Source: Armatimonadota bacterium (GTDB lineage Bacteria; Armatimonadota; Hebobacteria; CAIYQO01). From it: a DNA stretch of 17,830 nucleotides. Under the pieces are notes generated by a model. The model did no database searches, was not told the origin of the DNA, and was given only the letters and a program-made list of their open reading frames with translations. The stretch covers positions 1 to 17,830 of the forward strand of contig JBBRXO010000055.1 in assembly GCA_038248345.1 (NCBI GenBank). The letters are read 5' to 3'. Made by a program: the position numbers and the translations under genes. Positions 7,760-16,953 of the stretch are shown here, in pieces (the first letter of the stretch is position 1; every line of letters starts with the position of its first letter).

Positions 7760-8785
7760 TTACACTCCTGCCAGGAAGCGCATATCATTCTCTACCCACA
7801 AGCGGATATCCCCCACCCCGTAGCGACGCATTGCTACGCGGTCAACACCGAACCCAAAGGCCCACCCGGTGTAAACTTCGGGGTCGATGCCGATATTGCG
7901 CAGGATATTAGGGTGAATCATGCCCGAACCGCCTAACTCGATCCAGCCGGTATTGCTGCACAAACGGCAACCAGCGCCATGACACTCAAAGCAGGTGATG
8001 GCGAATTCAGCACTCGGTTCGGTGAAGGGGAAATAATCGGCGCGGAAGCGCATGGAAGTCTGCTTGCCGAACATCTCCTTGAAGAAGGCATCCAGCGTAC
8101 CTTTCAGGTCAGCAAAAGTCACCCCTTCATCCAGCAAGATGCCGTCCACCTGGTGGAAGGTGTGTGAATGGCGCAACGTTACCTGCTCGCGACGGTGGAC
8201 GCGCCCAGCGTAAATACAACGTACGGGCGGCTTACGCTGCTCGAAGATACGCACCTGCCCACTGGTGGTATGTGTGCGCAGGAGCACGTTATCATTCAAG
8301 TAGAAGGAATCCTGGTCATCCATTGCCGGGTGATCGTCCGGGTAATTGAGCGAGCCGAAGTTGTAGTAGAAGGTCTCTACTTCTGGGCCTTCCAGCACAT
8401 CGAAACCCAATCCAGTGAAGATCGCTTTCACTTCATCCAGCACTCGGGTAAGCGGGTGCTGGCGGCCGATGCGTGGCGCGCGGCCAGGTAGCGTCACATC
8501 AAGGCGTTCTGCTTCCAATTGCAGAGCCTCAGCTGCAGCAACTACCGCTGCCTGACGCGCATTAAAGGCCGCCTCCAGTTGTGTACGCACCTCGTTGCCG
8601 CGCTGACCAACAAGCGGTCGCTCTTCGGCGGAAAGCTGCCCCATGCCGCGCAACACCCCGGTGAGCACACCTTTGCGCCCCAGGTATTCCACGCGTACCG
8701 CTTCCAGTTCCTCACGCGTCTCCGCCACCCCGACCTTGGCCAGGGCTTCATCTGCCATATTAGAGAGTTCAATAAGTGTATTCAT
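7760..8785 (-). CDS. pheS: Phenylalanine--tRNA ligase alpha subunit (341 aa)
   Basis: YLGRKG, DVTLPG, HPL, HPAMDDQDSFY, LLRTHTT, FHQVDG, YFPFTEPSAE, CxxC..GCxxC..GWIE, GMIHP, FGFGVDR. Start set at ATG 8785 by N-terminal homology; the track's 8899 start is too long. Confidence 0.98.
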   Translation of the reverse strand: MNTLIELSNMADEALAKVGVAETREELEAVRVEYLGRKGVLTGVLRGMGQLSAEERPLVGQRGNEVRTQLEAAFNARQAAVVAAAEALQLEAERLDVTLPGRAPRIGRQHPLTRVLDEVKAIFTGLGFDVLEGPEVETFYYNFGSLNYPDDHPAMDDQDSFYLNDNVLLRTHTTSGQVRIFEQRKPPVRCIYAGRVHRREQVTLRHSHTFHQVDGILLDEGVTFADLKGTLDAFFKEMFGKQTSMRFRADYFPFTEPSAEFAITCFECHGAGCRLCSNTGWIELGGSGMIHPNILRNIGIDPEVYTGWAFGFGVDRVAMRRYGVGDIRLWVENDMRFLAGV

Positions 8786-8795
8786 AAGTATTGAA

Positions 8796-8824
8796 AGGGT
8801 AACATCGGGGGGAATTGATGTCAA
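8796..8824 (-). promoter_or_regulatory. Sigma70 promoter abutting the pheS start
   Basis: TTGACA (8824-8819), 17 nt ending in TGt, TACCCT; 10 nt to the ATG; no SD and no room for a T-box leader. Confidence 0.55.
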
Positions 8825-8939
8825 CCATTTTAGGTCATTAAGCGATTTTTTTACCAATATTGTGCATAGAAATATCGAAATACGTACGTCTGATAACAAC
8901 TCAATTCGATATCAATTATTAGTCTGCATTCGACAAAAT

Positions 8940-8968
8940 TTGACACCGACCTCCATTTTTGATACTAT
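8940..8968 (+). promoter_or_regulatory. Promoter of tRNA-Lys
   Basis: TTGACA (8940-8945), 17 nt ending in TGa, TACTAT (8963-8968); AT-rich upstream region. Confidence 0.7.
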
Positions 8969-9010
8969 AAATCCCGGATTACAGGCCTAATCTCCTGCAG
9001 TCTTTTGGAT

Positions 9011-9086
<76 letters not shown>

Positions 9087-9394
9087 ATATCACGATCAAA
9101 TAACCCCACCTAACTAACAAAGTTATACCAACCATTATCCCGCAGATTAATCCCCGCCCCTCTACTTCCTATTTTCTCCCCCGAAATTGTCCGATAACCC
9201 CGACAAAAATAACTGCATTATTTTCAAAATACCCCCTAAATACTATTCACCACGGAACCCAAAGGTCTCCGTGATATACGACGACCGCAATCGCCAGGCC
9301 ACGCTACGTGCGCACTATGCCTTCAATCCAATCCATACCACTTCTCTTCCCGCCGACAGCCAGGTTTGGGGATATCCGAATCGCTCTCCACTGG

Positions 9395-11059
9395 TTATGA
9401 AACCTCCAGGCGGCAAACCACTCCATGCTTGAACGGCTGCAGGATCAACATCGTGCCGTCTGGGGTGATGTCGCCAGCGCCATCACCCAGCCAAGGCTGG
9501 AACAGTTCGACACGAGTAGCCTTGCGCCGAAGGGCTGAGAGGTCAATCCTCGCATCTTCGACCGGCGGCGGAGACTGGCCATCGCGAAGCACGTGATCCC
9601 AGCGGTCCGCACGGTTGCGCAGCCAGAGCAGAGCTACCGTCCGCCCCCGTAGCCCGAGGCACCAATACGCCTCGGTGCTGAGGTCGAGTGGTTCGAACCC
9701 TTCACGATCGATCGCCACTCCGCGCAACGCTTCGGACAACGCACGAAATCCTCTCCAGAGGTTCTTTTGGTCGACGTAACAGTCCCAATGCCAAATGTGG
9801 CCGCTGCCAGCGGCCCCGGCAAAGAAGGCCGGATAGGTCGTATCGTGAAAAATCAGACCGTCGTGATCCGCGCCATAGTAGCGGAATGGCCCGGAGTGAC
9901 AGTCGTTAACTGCGCCGGTCTCGGCCAGCAGTACCGGCCGATCCAGGCGGCGGCTGCGCTGGACGGCGTCAATGGAAAGGGCCACCGGATCCGTGCGCGA
10001 CACCATCAAAGCCGCCCCCTGATCCAGATAGCGGTGCACCTGCTGGAAGTCCATTTCTTCCATTTTGAACGCATCCTGCTGGGCCTGGGCGCCGTCCCAG
10101 TCGAAGCTGCCAAGGGAGTTGGTTGCCAGGTTACGCGGCGAGGCAGACTTAATCTCGCGCAAGAGCCGACGTGTCCAATCTTCCTGTACCTGGAAGCTGC
10201 TGGTCGCACAGCAGTTGATCTCGTTCCACAACTCCCAAGCCATCACCACCGGGTCGTCACTATACCGAGCCAGCAACGCGTCCACCTTGCGGTGCCAGAG
10301 CGCCTGCCAGTCCGGCGACTGGAACCATTCGTCCATGTCCTTAGGCGTACGGCCGTCGTCGGGATGACACAACACCCGCGAGGGGAAGCCACCGTCGCCA
10401 AAGAGGCGGAAATACTCCAGGCAGAACTTGAGGCGGATGCCGTACCGGCGCGCGAGATCGACCACCCGATCCAGCGCGGACAGCCGAAGCAGGTCGAGTT
10501 CGCCGGCCACCTCGGTCTCCGCCTGAAAATAGCTATGCCCCAGCCAGAGCCGAGCGAAATTGCCGCCGTTCGCTGCCAGTTCCCGGAACCAACGTTCGTA
10601 CTGCCGGGCACCGAGCGTCCCGCTTTTGCTGCCGGTCTTGAACTCTTCGCCGGTGCTCATGGCAAAATACTCCGGCAGACAAAGATTGAGTCCGATCGGC
10701 ACATACGGCACGCCGTTGGTGAAGGCGAAGTAGCGCGGGTCATGGCAGCTGATCTCGACATAGCCGTGCTCCTCGCCGGCTGAACAGGTGAACTCGCCCT
10801 CGTCCACGACTTGCGTGCCGGACAGCCAGGCGTAGCGCCACCGCCCCGGTCGGTCCGGTGTGAACCGCGACGCCCAGACCGGCTCGCCATCCGGTGTGAT
10901 GGTTTCGTAGCCGTGCTCATCGTAGGTGAATTCCACCGGCTGATGCCGAAACACGGGGCGGCGGTATTCGCTGCCGTCGGGAGCGATCAGTTGGAAGCCA
11001 GCGGGAACGTCGCGCCCCGCGAATACGATGTGCTCGCGTTGGTAACAGTTAACATTCAT
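9395..11059 (-). CDS. DUF5060-containing GH5 (cellulase-family)-like glycoside hydrolase (554 aa)
   Basis: N-terminal F.APDG...W..RFTP..PG.WRY, YFAF.NG.PY.PIGLN, GGNFARLW, acid/base WELWNE, QVHRY, nucleophile LLAETG. Start ATG 11059 with SD AAGGAG; the track's longer start overlaps the next gene. Confidence 0.85.
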   Translation of the reverse strand: MNVNCYQREHIVFAGRDVPAGFQLIAPDGSEYRRPVFRHQPVEFTYDEHGYETITPDGEPVWASRFTPDRPGRWRYAWLSGTQVVDEGEFTCSAGEEHGYVEISCHDPRYFAFTNGVPYVPIGLNLCLPEYFAMSTGEEFKTGSKSGTLGARQYERWFRELAANGGNFARLWLGHSYFQAETEVAGELDLLRLSALDRVVDLARRYGIRLKFCLEYFRLFGDGGFPSRVLCHPDDGRTPKDMDEWFQSPDWQALWHRKVDALLARYSDDPVVMAWELWNEINCCATSSFQVQEDWTRRLLREIKSASPRNLATNSLGSFDWDGAQAQQDAFKMEEMDFQQVHRYLDQGAALMVSRTDPVALSIDAVQRSRRLDRPVLLAETGAVNDCHSGPFRYYGADHDGLIFHDTTYPAFFAGAAGSGHIWHWDCYVDQKNLWRGFRALSEALRGVAIDREGFEPLDLSTEAYWCLGLRGRTVALLWLRNRADRWDHVLRDGQSPPPVEDARIDLSALRRKATRVELFQPWLGDGAGDITPDGTMLILQPFKHGVVCRLEVS

Positions 11060-11129
11060 ATTGGGTAACTCCTTCCGCCTTCGGTGCCAGACCTCATCAT
11101 GGGGATAGCTGATGCCACACCCAAGTGAA

Positions 11130-13634
11130 TCAATCCGACTCCACAAAGACTTCGACATCAGGATTATCAGGGAGGGTATCGATAAGCATTTCGTTCTGCA
11201 AATCAAGGCAATCCGCGAATTTCTCCAGGGTAAGTGTCTTCGTGGCGTTGACGGCAAGCGTTTCTATCGCTAGTTTGCGGCTGTTGTGTATACCCCAATG
11301 CGCGACTCGAATGATCTGGGCTGGCCGTGTGCCGGCGATAACACGCACTAGTTCGTATTCGTACACAACCAGTGTACGCGTATACGGCAGAATATCACTC
11401 ACTGCCGGGATGACCGATATTGCCTTGAGCTTGAACTCCCCCGTTAATTGTGGCGCCATTTTTCGCGAAGCAACGCGTTGTTGGGCGAGAGCGGCATTCC
11501 GTACCGCCTCCTCGGAGGGAAGTGTTCGCGAATAGACAGCAAGCGCCTCGACGCGCCCTTGCCAGGGAACCATCTCATACACCGGATCTCCGCCCAACGC
11601 CAGGTGGCGTACCGTACTCCATGACAGTTGTCCGGGTATTGATGGGTTGATGTCGACGGCATTCTTCATAGGTTTGCCATCGAGATAGGAGCAGACATTT
11701 CCCTTTCCATAAGTTACCGTGACGTGGTGCTTGTTGGCATCGGGAAGCACGCCAAGCTGGAAAGATTTTTCGCCGTTCTCCTGATTCACATACAGGAGTA
11801 ACTGATCTTGTACTTGCCCGAGACGAAAGCCACGCTGTGTCGGGCCATCACCATATAGCGCGATGATTGTCGCTGGTTTCACTGCTGTTCCCTGGTTGAG
11901 ACTCGCAGGGGTCATGACCAATTCAACGAAAAACTCATTCGATTGGCCGCAATTTTTAATAAGCCACCACCAAACAGGAGTATGCATATCCACATTGATG
12001 AAGCTACCTCCGCCGAGAACCATTTCGCCATAGCGTCCCAGGCGCGCCACACCTTGTGGTTCTATTTCAACAGGCGTCAGCTTCGTGGTGTCCAGCGAAA
12101 AGAAATTTTCCTGCAATCCATTCTCCCACCGATACAACATGTCGGTGCGATTGACTGGCCAAGCCGGCACGGTAATTTTCACATTTTTGATTTCCACGGC
12201 ATTCGGTTGCTGATTCTGATCGATAACTCCTGTCAGTGACAGTATGTCTCCCGTGGCCAAATCAGCCTTAGTGGTCAGTATCAGCTCGCGATCGTCACCG
12301 CTCATCTGCCAGCGCTCAACCGCCGTCCCAGAGGTGAAGGTGATCACCGGCTTGGCGGCCGTTATGGCATTCGAGAAGACCACACGCAAATGACGGGCAT
12401 CTACAGCTGTAACATTGGAAACCTTTGGCACGCTCTTTACCTGTGCTTCCATACGTCCTTTAAGGGTTTTCTCGCCACTTTTTGCTATAATGGTATAGGT
12501 GCCGGGTTTCGCATAAGTGTGTTTGCTATTTGCTGCCTGCACAACCGTGCCATCACCAAAATCCCATTGCCATTCACCGTCGCTCGGTGCGGGCACGGTA
12601 ATAGTATACGGCACCTCACCGGCGAATTGTCCTAGTCCCATATCGATCAATGCATAGGCTTTGGTATCTTGCCCGGGTGCCGAGGAGACTTTCACCCATT
12701 TCTCCACCTTGGTGAATGTATTGTCGAAACGACCCAGGTAAACATCAGCCTGTGCACCGGCAATAGGCGCGGTGATGGTCAAAAAGCGCACATCGGTACT
12801 CCAGCGTGGTACCCAGGCATTCTGCTTGGGGATCGGTTGCGTCTTGATCATGCGCTGCTGCACTCCGCCATCCTCATACATTTGAATGCTTTCATGGCTG
12901 TGGTGCATATGGAAGAAACGGTAGGAATTATCCGGCGCAATGCCGGCATTACATCCGTCGCCATATTGCCGCCAACCGCGATCCGGCAGATAGGCGACCC
13001 CCGCGTTGGGCCAGGGGAATTCGCTGCCGGCACGGGTGCCATCCGCGGATACCGACAGCGTATGTGCCGCCTGGATTGTGCTTAACATCACCTCGCGTTT
13101 GGCTGGTTCATCCAATCTGCAGCGCACCAGCCGGCCGCGAGAATTTCCAGCTTCCGTGGAATATATCCATTCTGTCTGATCAGCCGGGTTACGCCAGGTA
13201 CAGAGAAGAGATCCCTTCGTTACCTCTTGCTTTTCGGTGCCATCCATCTTCACCTTATACAGAACATTGGTCGTGGTATCCGTATATAACGCCCACATGC
13301 CGGAGGGTGAAATACATGGGCTAGCATAGGAAGCCGGACCGGGAAGAATCACATGCGGCTGTGTGTCTATTGCCGTATCGGAGCCCATCAGTTCATAATC
13401 TGGTGCAGTGGCATCCCAATCCGTTCCGTCGCCGCGCACACAATGCTCCCACACCAGCTTCACTTGCTGCCCGGCAGTAAGACTAAGTATATCCTCAGTC
13501 GTTCCGGCGAGAATCTTACTGCAGACCACTATGGTGAGGCATACCATCATCACCATCTGTAAAAAAATATTTCTTTGCAAAAGGCTGACGGTGAGTTCGC
13601 TTGGCCATTGGCGGCCGCAGGTGTTCTTATTCAT
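11130..13634 (-). CDS. Probably secreted multidomain protein: TolB/WD40-like propeller + PKD + Ig-like + LamG/ConA-like + C-terminal domain (834 aa)
   Basis: Hydrophobic signal-like segment (IFLQMVMMVCLTIVVCSKILA), SPCISPSG / VSADG / PRWSTD blades, PKD motif WQWDFGDG...HTYAKPGTYT, LamG motif HHVTVTY....YLDG...WQGRVEALAVYSRTL; SD GAGGAG. Confidence 0.8.
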   Translation of the reverse strand: MNKNTCGRQWPSELTVSLLQRNIFLQMVMMVCLTIVVCSKILAGTTEDILSLTAGQQVKLVWEHCVRGDGTDWDATAPDYELMGSDTAIDTQPHVILPGPASYASPCISPSGMWALYTDTTTNVLYKVKMDGTEKQEVTKGSLLCTWRNPADQTEWIYSTEAGNSRGRLVRCRLDEPAKREVMLSTIQAAHTLSVSADGTRAGSEFPWPNAGVAYLPDRGWRQYGDGCNAGIAPDNSYRFFHMHHSHESIQMYEDGGVQQRMIKTQPIPKQNAWVPRWSTDVRFLTITAPIAGAQADVYLGRFDNTFTKVEKWVKVSSAPGQDTKAYALIDMGLGQFAGEVPYTITVPAPSDGEWQWDFGDGTVVQAANSKHTYAKPGTYTIIAKSGEKTLKGRMEAQVKSVPKVSNVTAVDARHLRVVFSNAITAAKPVITFTSGTAVERWQMSGDDRELILTTKADLATGDILSLTGVIDQNQQPNAVEIKNVKITVPAWPVNRTDMLYRWENGLQENFFSLDTTKLTPVEIEPQGVARLGRYGEMVLGGGSFINVDMHTPVWWWLIKNCGQSNEFFVELVMTPASLNQGTAVKPATIIALYGDGPTQRGFRLGQVQDQLLLYVNQENGEKSFQLGVLPDANKHHVTVTYGKGNVCSYLDGKPMKNAVDINPSIPGQLSWSTVRHLALGGDPVYEMVPWQGRVEALAVYSRTLPSEEAVRNAALAQQRVASRKMAPQLTGEFKLKAISVIPAVSDILPYTRTLVVYEYELVRVIAGTRPAQIIRVAHWGIHNSRKLAIETLAVNATKTLTLEKFADCLDLQNEMLIDTLPDNPDVEVFVESD

Positions 13635-13651
13635 TGAAAATTGCTCCTCGG

Positions 13652-14773
13652 CTAATGTTTTTTGAATACCTGCTTCACCGCTTCGAGATACCCGTAGCCG
13701 TAGAGGTCATCGGGCTGGAGATAGCTGGCCTCGGTCCATTCGTTCCAACTGTTAATGGTAATTAGCGGCGGCTGGTTCGGATGGAGATCGACATAGGCTT
13801 TCGCCAGTTCCAAGGCCTTCTGGATATTCGCGGGCGTGTTGTTTTTCACCACCCCCGGCTTGAACTCCTTGTAACGTGGGTTGTTGTCCCAACCGAGCGA
13901 GACGTGTGGGAAATACGGGATGTCGTATTTCTCGTCCATCAGCGCCCACTCTTTGTCCATGTCCGGGATGATCTCGGCATAATCCCGATCAATATGCGTG
14001 AAGTGGACCATCTGGTAATGCGTCTGACTGTCAAAGCCGAGTAGCTGAAGCGTTTCATTGGGCGTAGTTGCGGCACCGGCGTCGACGCCGCTCAGATTGA
14101 GTGCATTGACGCCCCAGCTCGCGAGTTGGAAATGGATGCCTTTCAAGCCTGCCTGCACCGCCTGCTCACGCCACCAGGCGAAGGCGTCGGCTGTGGCATC
14201 GACCCCACCGAGACCGCTGACCAGTTTGTTGAGATCGTAGATCAGCAGCACCGGTTTGCCGTCGATGGTGTAGTAGTTGGGTAGCGTGAAGTATTTCTCG
14301 ATCATACGCTTTGCGATGACCTCGAATTCCCTCCGGTCTACCGATGCCCGCCAAATGATGTTGTCTTCAACGTGCGAGATGCGCATATCCCAGAGGTGAG
14401 TTACATCGTGATCGGCCCACATCAGGTAGAACTTAACCCGGTCGTTGTTACGGGCCTTGAGGTAGCCGTTGTTGAGACACTGCTCGAGGAAGGGGCGGCC
14501 GTCGTACCAGTACCAGTCGTAAATGAAAACGTTCACTCCGTGATCCGCCGCGGCATCGATCTGCATCTCCATCACACGCGGATCGGCCTCGTTGCAATAG
14601 CCCCACAGCGGCCGCCGCGGCCAGGTGTGACCGGGATACTTCGGGCCCGCCTTGCGGATGGTCTCCCATTCCCCGTTGCCCTCGGGCCAGAACATGCGGG
14701 TGCGCGGCTCGTCCCCCGTGTAGGAGGGCCAGATATAGGCGGCGACGTCGTACGCTTCTTTGTGTTGATTCAT
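13652..14773 (-). CDS. Glycoside hydrolase family 99-like / WbsX family protein (373 aa)
   Basis: VAAYIWP, EWE, PLWGY.NEADP, FIYDWYW, LMWADH, Y.TIDGKP, GWDNNPR, INSWNEWTE.SYL.PD..YGYGYL. ATG 14773 (SD GAGG); ATG 14797 with TAATG overlap is the alternative. Confidence 0.9.
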   Translation of the reverse strand: MNQHKEAYDVAAYIWPSYTGDEPRTRMFWPEGNGEWETIRKAGPKYPGHTWPRRPLWGYCNEADPRVMEMQIDAAADHGVNVFIYDWYWYDGRPFLEQCLNNGYLKARNNDRVKFYLMWADHDVTHLWDMRISHVEDNIIWRASVDRREFEVIAKRMIEKYFTLPNYYTIDGKPVLLIYDLNKLVSGLGGVDATADAFAWWREQAVQAGLKGIHFQLASWGVNALNLSGVDAGAATTPNETLQLLGFDSQTHYQMVHFTHIDRDYAEIIPDMDKEWALMDEKYDIPYFPHVSLGWDNNPRYKEFKPGVVKNNTPANIQKALELAKAYVDLHPNQPPLITINSWNEWTEASYLQPDDLYGYGYLEAVKQVFKKH

Positions 14774-14796
14774 GTTTTCCTCGCTAGTTATTTTCA

Positions 14797-16140
14797 TTAG
14801 TGTACCTGTAATGATGACAAGGTGGAAGCAGTATCGCCTCCCGGTATAATTTGATGAAAGATCACGCTCTGCGGCGGACAGGCGAGCGCAATGGCGTTCA
14901 GCCGTTCTGCTGTAATAGTCAAAGGAACTGGGAAGCCCTCGGCATCTGCTGGCGCCCGGTCTTCACTATTGCAGTAGGTTGTGACTTGCACGGCCTGCGC
15001 AGCCTCGTCGAGCGCCAGTTCATAGTCAGCTTCCTCGTCGCCGCGGTTGACGACACAAACCGCCCACCCGTCGCCGCAGTGTGCCGCCAGAATCCGCACA
15101 TCGGGAGAACCGGAGACGACACGGTAGAGTGTACTGCCGGCGGGGAAAAGGCGACAGAACAGCGCAAACGGGTAGAACCACGGGCGAAGTCGCAGCCCAT
15201 CATCCTTGCTCGACCACAAGCCCCAAAAGAAGTCGAGGTGCGAGTTATCGTCCAGCATCCATACCAGTACCGCCGCACTGCCGGCACTGGCGGCTTGTAC
15301 GATATAGTCGGCCATAAATAGCCCATATTGAAACTCATTGATATGCGGACTGCCGTGCGGGTGCTGAGCATCGTCTCCCATTCCGGCCTCACCAACGATG
15401 CAGGGCTTCTGTGCGCCGTGCGGATCATGGGCATGAGCGTAGTCCCACAGCCGCCGCAAATAGGTTTCCAGCTCGCCAGGACGCACTCTTGTATCGCTCG
15501 CATAATGGTGCACATCGTAGGCACCGAGTACTCCACCCAGCTGATCCACAGCCATAAAGTGCCAGTCGTCATCGGTGGCGTCCGACTCGTCGGAACCGGC
15601 TAAAGCAATCCGATCATCCAATCCCCGGAGTTTGAGCTCGGATGCGACATTCTCCAGTCCCTGACGCCAGAGGGCAAAGTCCTTTACCTCCCAGTTCGGC
15701 TCGTTGACCATGATGAAGTATTTGATCACGGTGTATCCACGCTCGTTTAATAGATACTCCAGATATGTACCAATGGCTTCAGCGTAGAGCGGATCGCCGA
15801 CATCGCGAATGCCAGGCACCCGCAACCACTCGGGCATGCAGCCCCAATCCGTGAGGAACACCGTCGTCCCCTGTGACTGGCAGAGATCGAGATGGCGACA
15901 GAGGTCCTGCATCATCGGCGTCTCGAAGTCGAAGCTGCTGTCTTCACGCCGACACCAGCGCACCTGCATCATGATGCGAGCCACGGGCAAGCGCATCCAT
16001 TCAATACGGCGGCGAATCAACGCGAAATCTTCGTCGGTGACGTCGGACGCACGGTAATGCCGTGAATCCCACTCAGTGCCGAAACCGAGAAAGACAGGCA
16101 AATTTATCAATGATAATTCTACATGCTGTTTCATATACAC
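14797..16140 (-). CDS. Clan GH-A glycoside hydrolase (GH30/GH5-like TIM barrel + beta-sandwich) (447 aa)
   Basis: FLGFGTEWD, MVNEPNW (acid/base), DVHHY, IVGEAG (nucleophile), C-terminal AVCVVNRG. SD GAGG before GTG 16140; ATG 16134 alternative. Confidence 0.78.
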   Translation of the reverse strand: MYMKQHVELSLINLPVFLGFGTEWDSRHYRASDVTDEDFALIRRRIEWMRLPVARIMMQVRWCRREDSSFDFETPMMQDLCRHLDLCQSQGTTVFLTDWGCMPEWLRVPGIRDVGDPLYAEAIGTYLEYLLNERGYTVIKYFIMVNEPNWEVKDFALWRQGLENVASELKLRGLDDRIALAGSDESDATDDDWHFMAVDQLGGVLGAYDVHHYASDTRVRPGELETYLRRLWDYAHAHDPHGAQKPCIVGEAGMGDDAQHPHGSPHINEFQYGLFMADYIVQAASAGSAAVLVWMLDDNSHLDFFWGLWSSKDDGLRLRPWFYPFALFCRLFPAGSTLYRVVSGSPDVRILAAHCGDGWAVCVVNRGDEEADYELALDEAAQAVQVTTYCNSEDRAPADAEGFPVPLTITAERLNAIALACPPQSVIFHQIIPGGDTASTLSSLQVH

Positions 16141-16150
16141 TATCTTCCTC

Positions 16151-16246
16151 TCAAACCTCTTTGTTCTTCGTCACCGCACTACGGTCAGGAATGGCATCCT
16201 CTTTCAGAGCTTCGGCGAACTCCTGGTCTGTGTTTTCGAGCTCCAT
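16151..16246 (-). CDS. Putative 31-aa small protein (MELENTDQEFAEALKEDAIPDRSAVTKNKEV)
   Basis: SD GAGGAG 8 nt before ATG 16246; its TGA abuts the SD of the downstream hydrolase gene. Below the ORF-track length cutoff. Confidence 0.45.
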   Translation of the reverse strand: MELENTDQEFAEALKEDAIPDRSAVTKNKEV

Positions 16247-16387
16247 TAAATGATCTCCTCAGATCCATCTTCCCGAAGTTTCAAAAAAAGGCTCGTCGCC
16301 TTCAATGATTACGATATCAGTCCACATTGACTGGTCATCGTTATTAGTTTATGCCTTTTACACTCACTTTAAAACTTGAGAATACAC

Positions 16388-16738
16388 TCACTGCGAAATA
16401 AACCCTTTATCTCCGACGATGGTTAACACCATCCCGACTACACCAATACCAATGCCTGCCCATTGCAACAGTTCTAATCGCGAACCAAAAATGATAACCA
16501 TCTCCAGCTGGATTAAAATAAAAGAGCCGACGCCAGTAAGCACCATGGCGAGATTCGGGTTAAGGCAGGTAAACAACTTCATAGAAAACCAGATGCTGCT
16601 GGCGCCAAATACGTTGCCGATGATAAAACACGGCACCCACCAGCCAGCATGGCCCGACCCGAGCTTAAAGAAATAAAATGCTACCACATTCATAACCCAG
16701 TATATTAAAACATGCATTACCACGTATGGTGTTATCAA
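16388..16738 (-). CDS. Small 4-TM membrane protein, SMR/DMT (EamA-like) superfamily (116 aa)
   Basis: Four hydrophobic helices, FFK.GS, and C-terminal L..LQWAGIGIGVVG typical of DMT; TTG start with SD AAGGGG; visibly AT-richer than its neighbours. Confidence 0.75.
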   Translation of the reverse strand: MITPYVVMHVLIYWVMNVVAFYFFKLGSGHAGWWVPCFIIGNVFGASSIWFSMKLFTCLNPNLAMVLTGVGSFILIQLEMVIIFGSRLELLQWAGIGIGVVGMVLTIVGDKGFISQ

Positions 16739-16953
16739 TTTCTATCCCCTTTCTTGGAGTTATTATTATAACCTGTATCTTCTTTTCCCGCCACGTCCTG
16801 AATGGTGTGTTTAACAGACTTTGGAAGCACATTAAAGCGCGCTGTCTTATCTCACTCTGGTATCAGGTGAGGGAGAGTTTCCAAGTTACCTCTTTTGTAC
16901 ATTATTTTCACTGCGCATATAGCAGCAAAACTGGGTAGTCTTTTATGCGCACA

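Noticed and set aside
7729..7761. Possible bidirectional terminator between dprA-like and pheS
   Set aside because: Only a 5-bp core stem with a large loop, and the T run is separated from the stem; too weak to call.
8786..8899. N-terminal extension of pheS in the track
   Set aside because: Covers the predicted promoter; not PheS-like.
9187..9432. 81-aa plus-strand ORF and small hairpins downstream of the tRNA
   Set aside because: No SD or recognisable motif, no integrase similarity; hairpins lack clear U tracts.
9767..10783. 338-aa plus-strand ORF
   Set aside because: Antisense shadow of the GC-rich GH5-like gene.
11060..11257. N-terminal extension of the GH5-like ORF
   Set aside because: Overlaps the upstream gene; strong SD supports ATG 11059.
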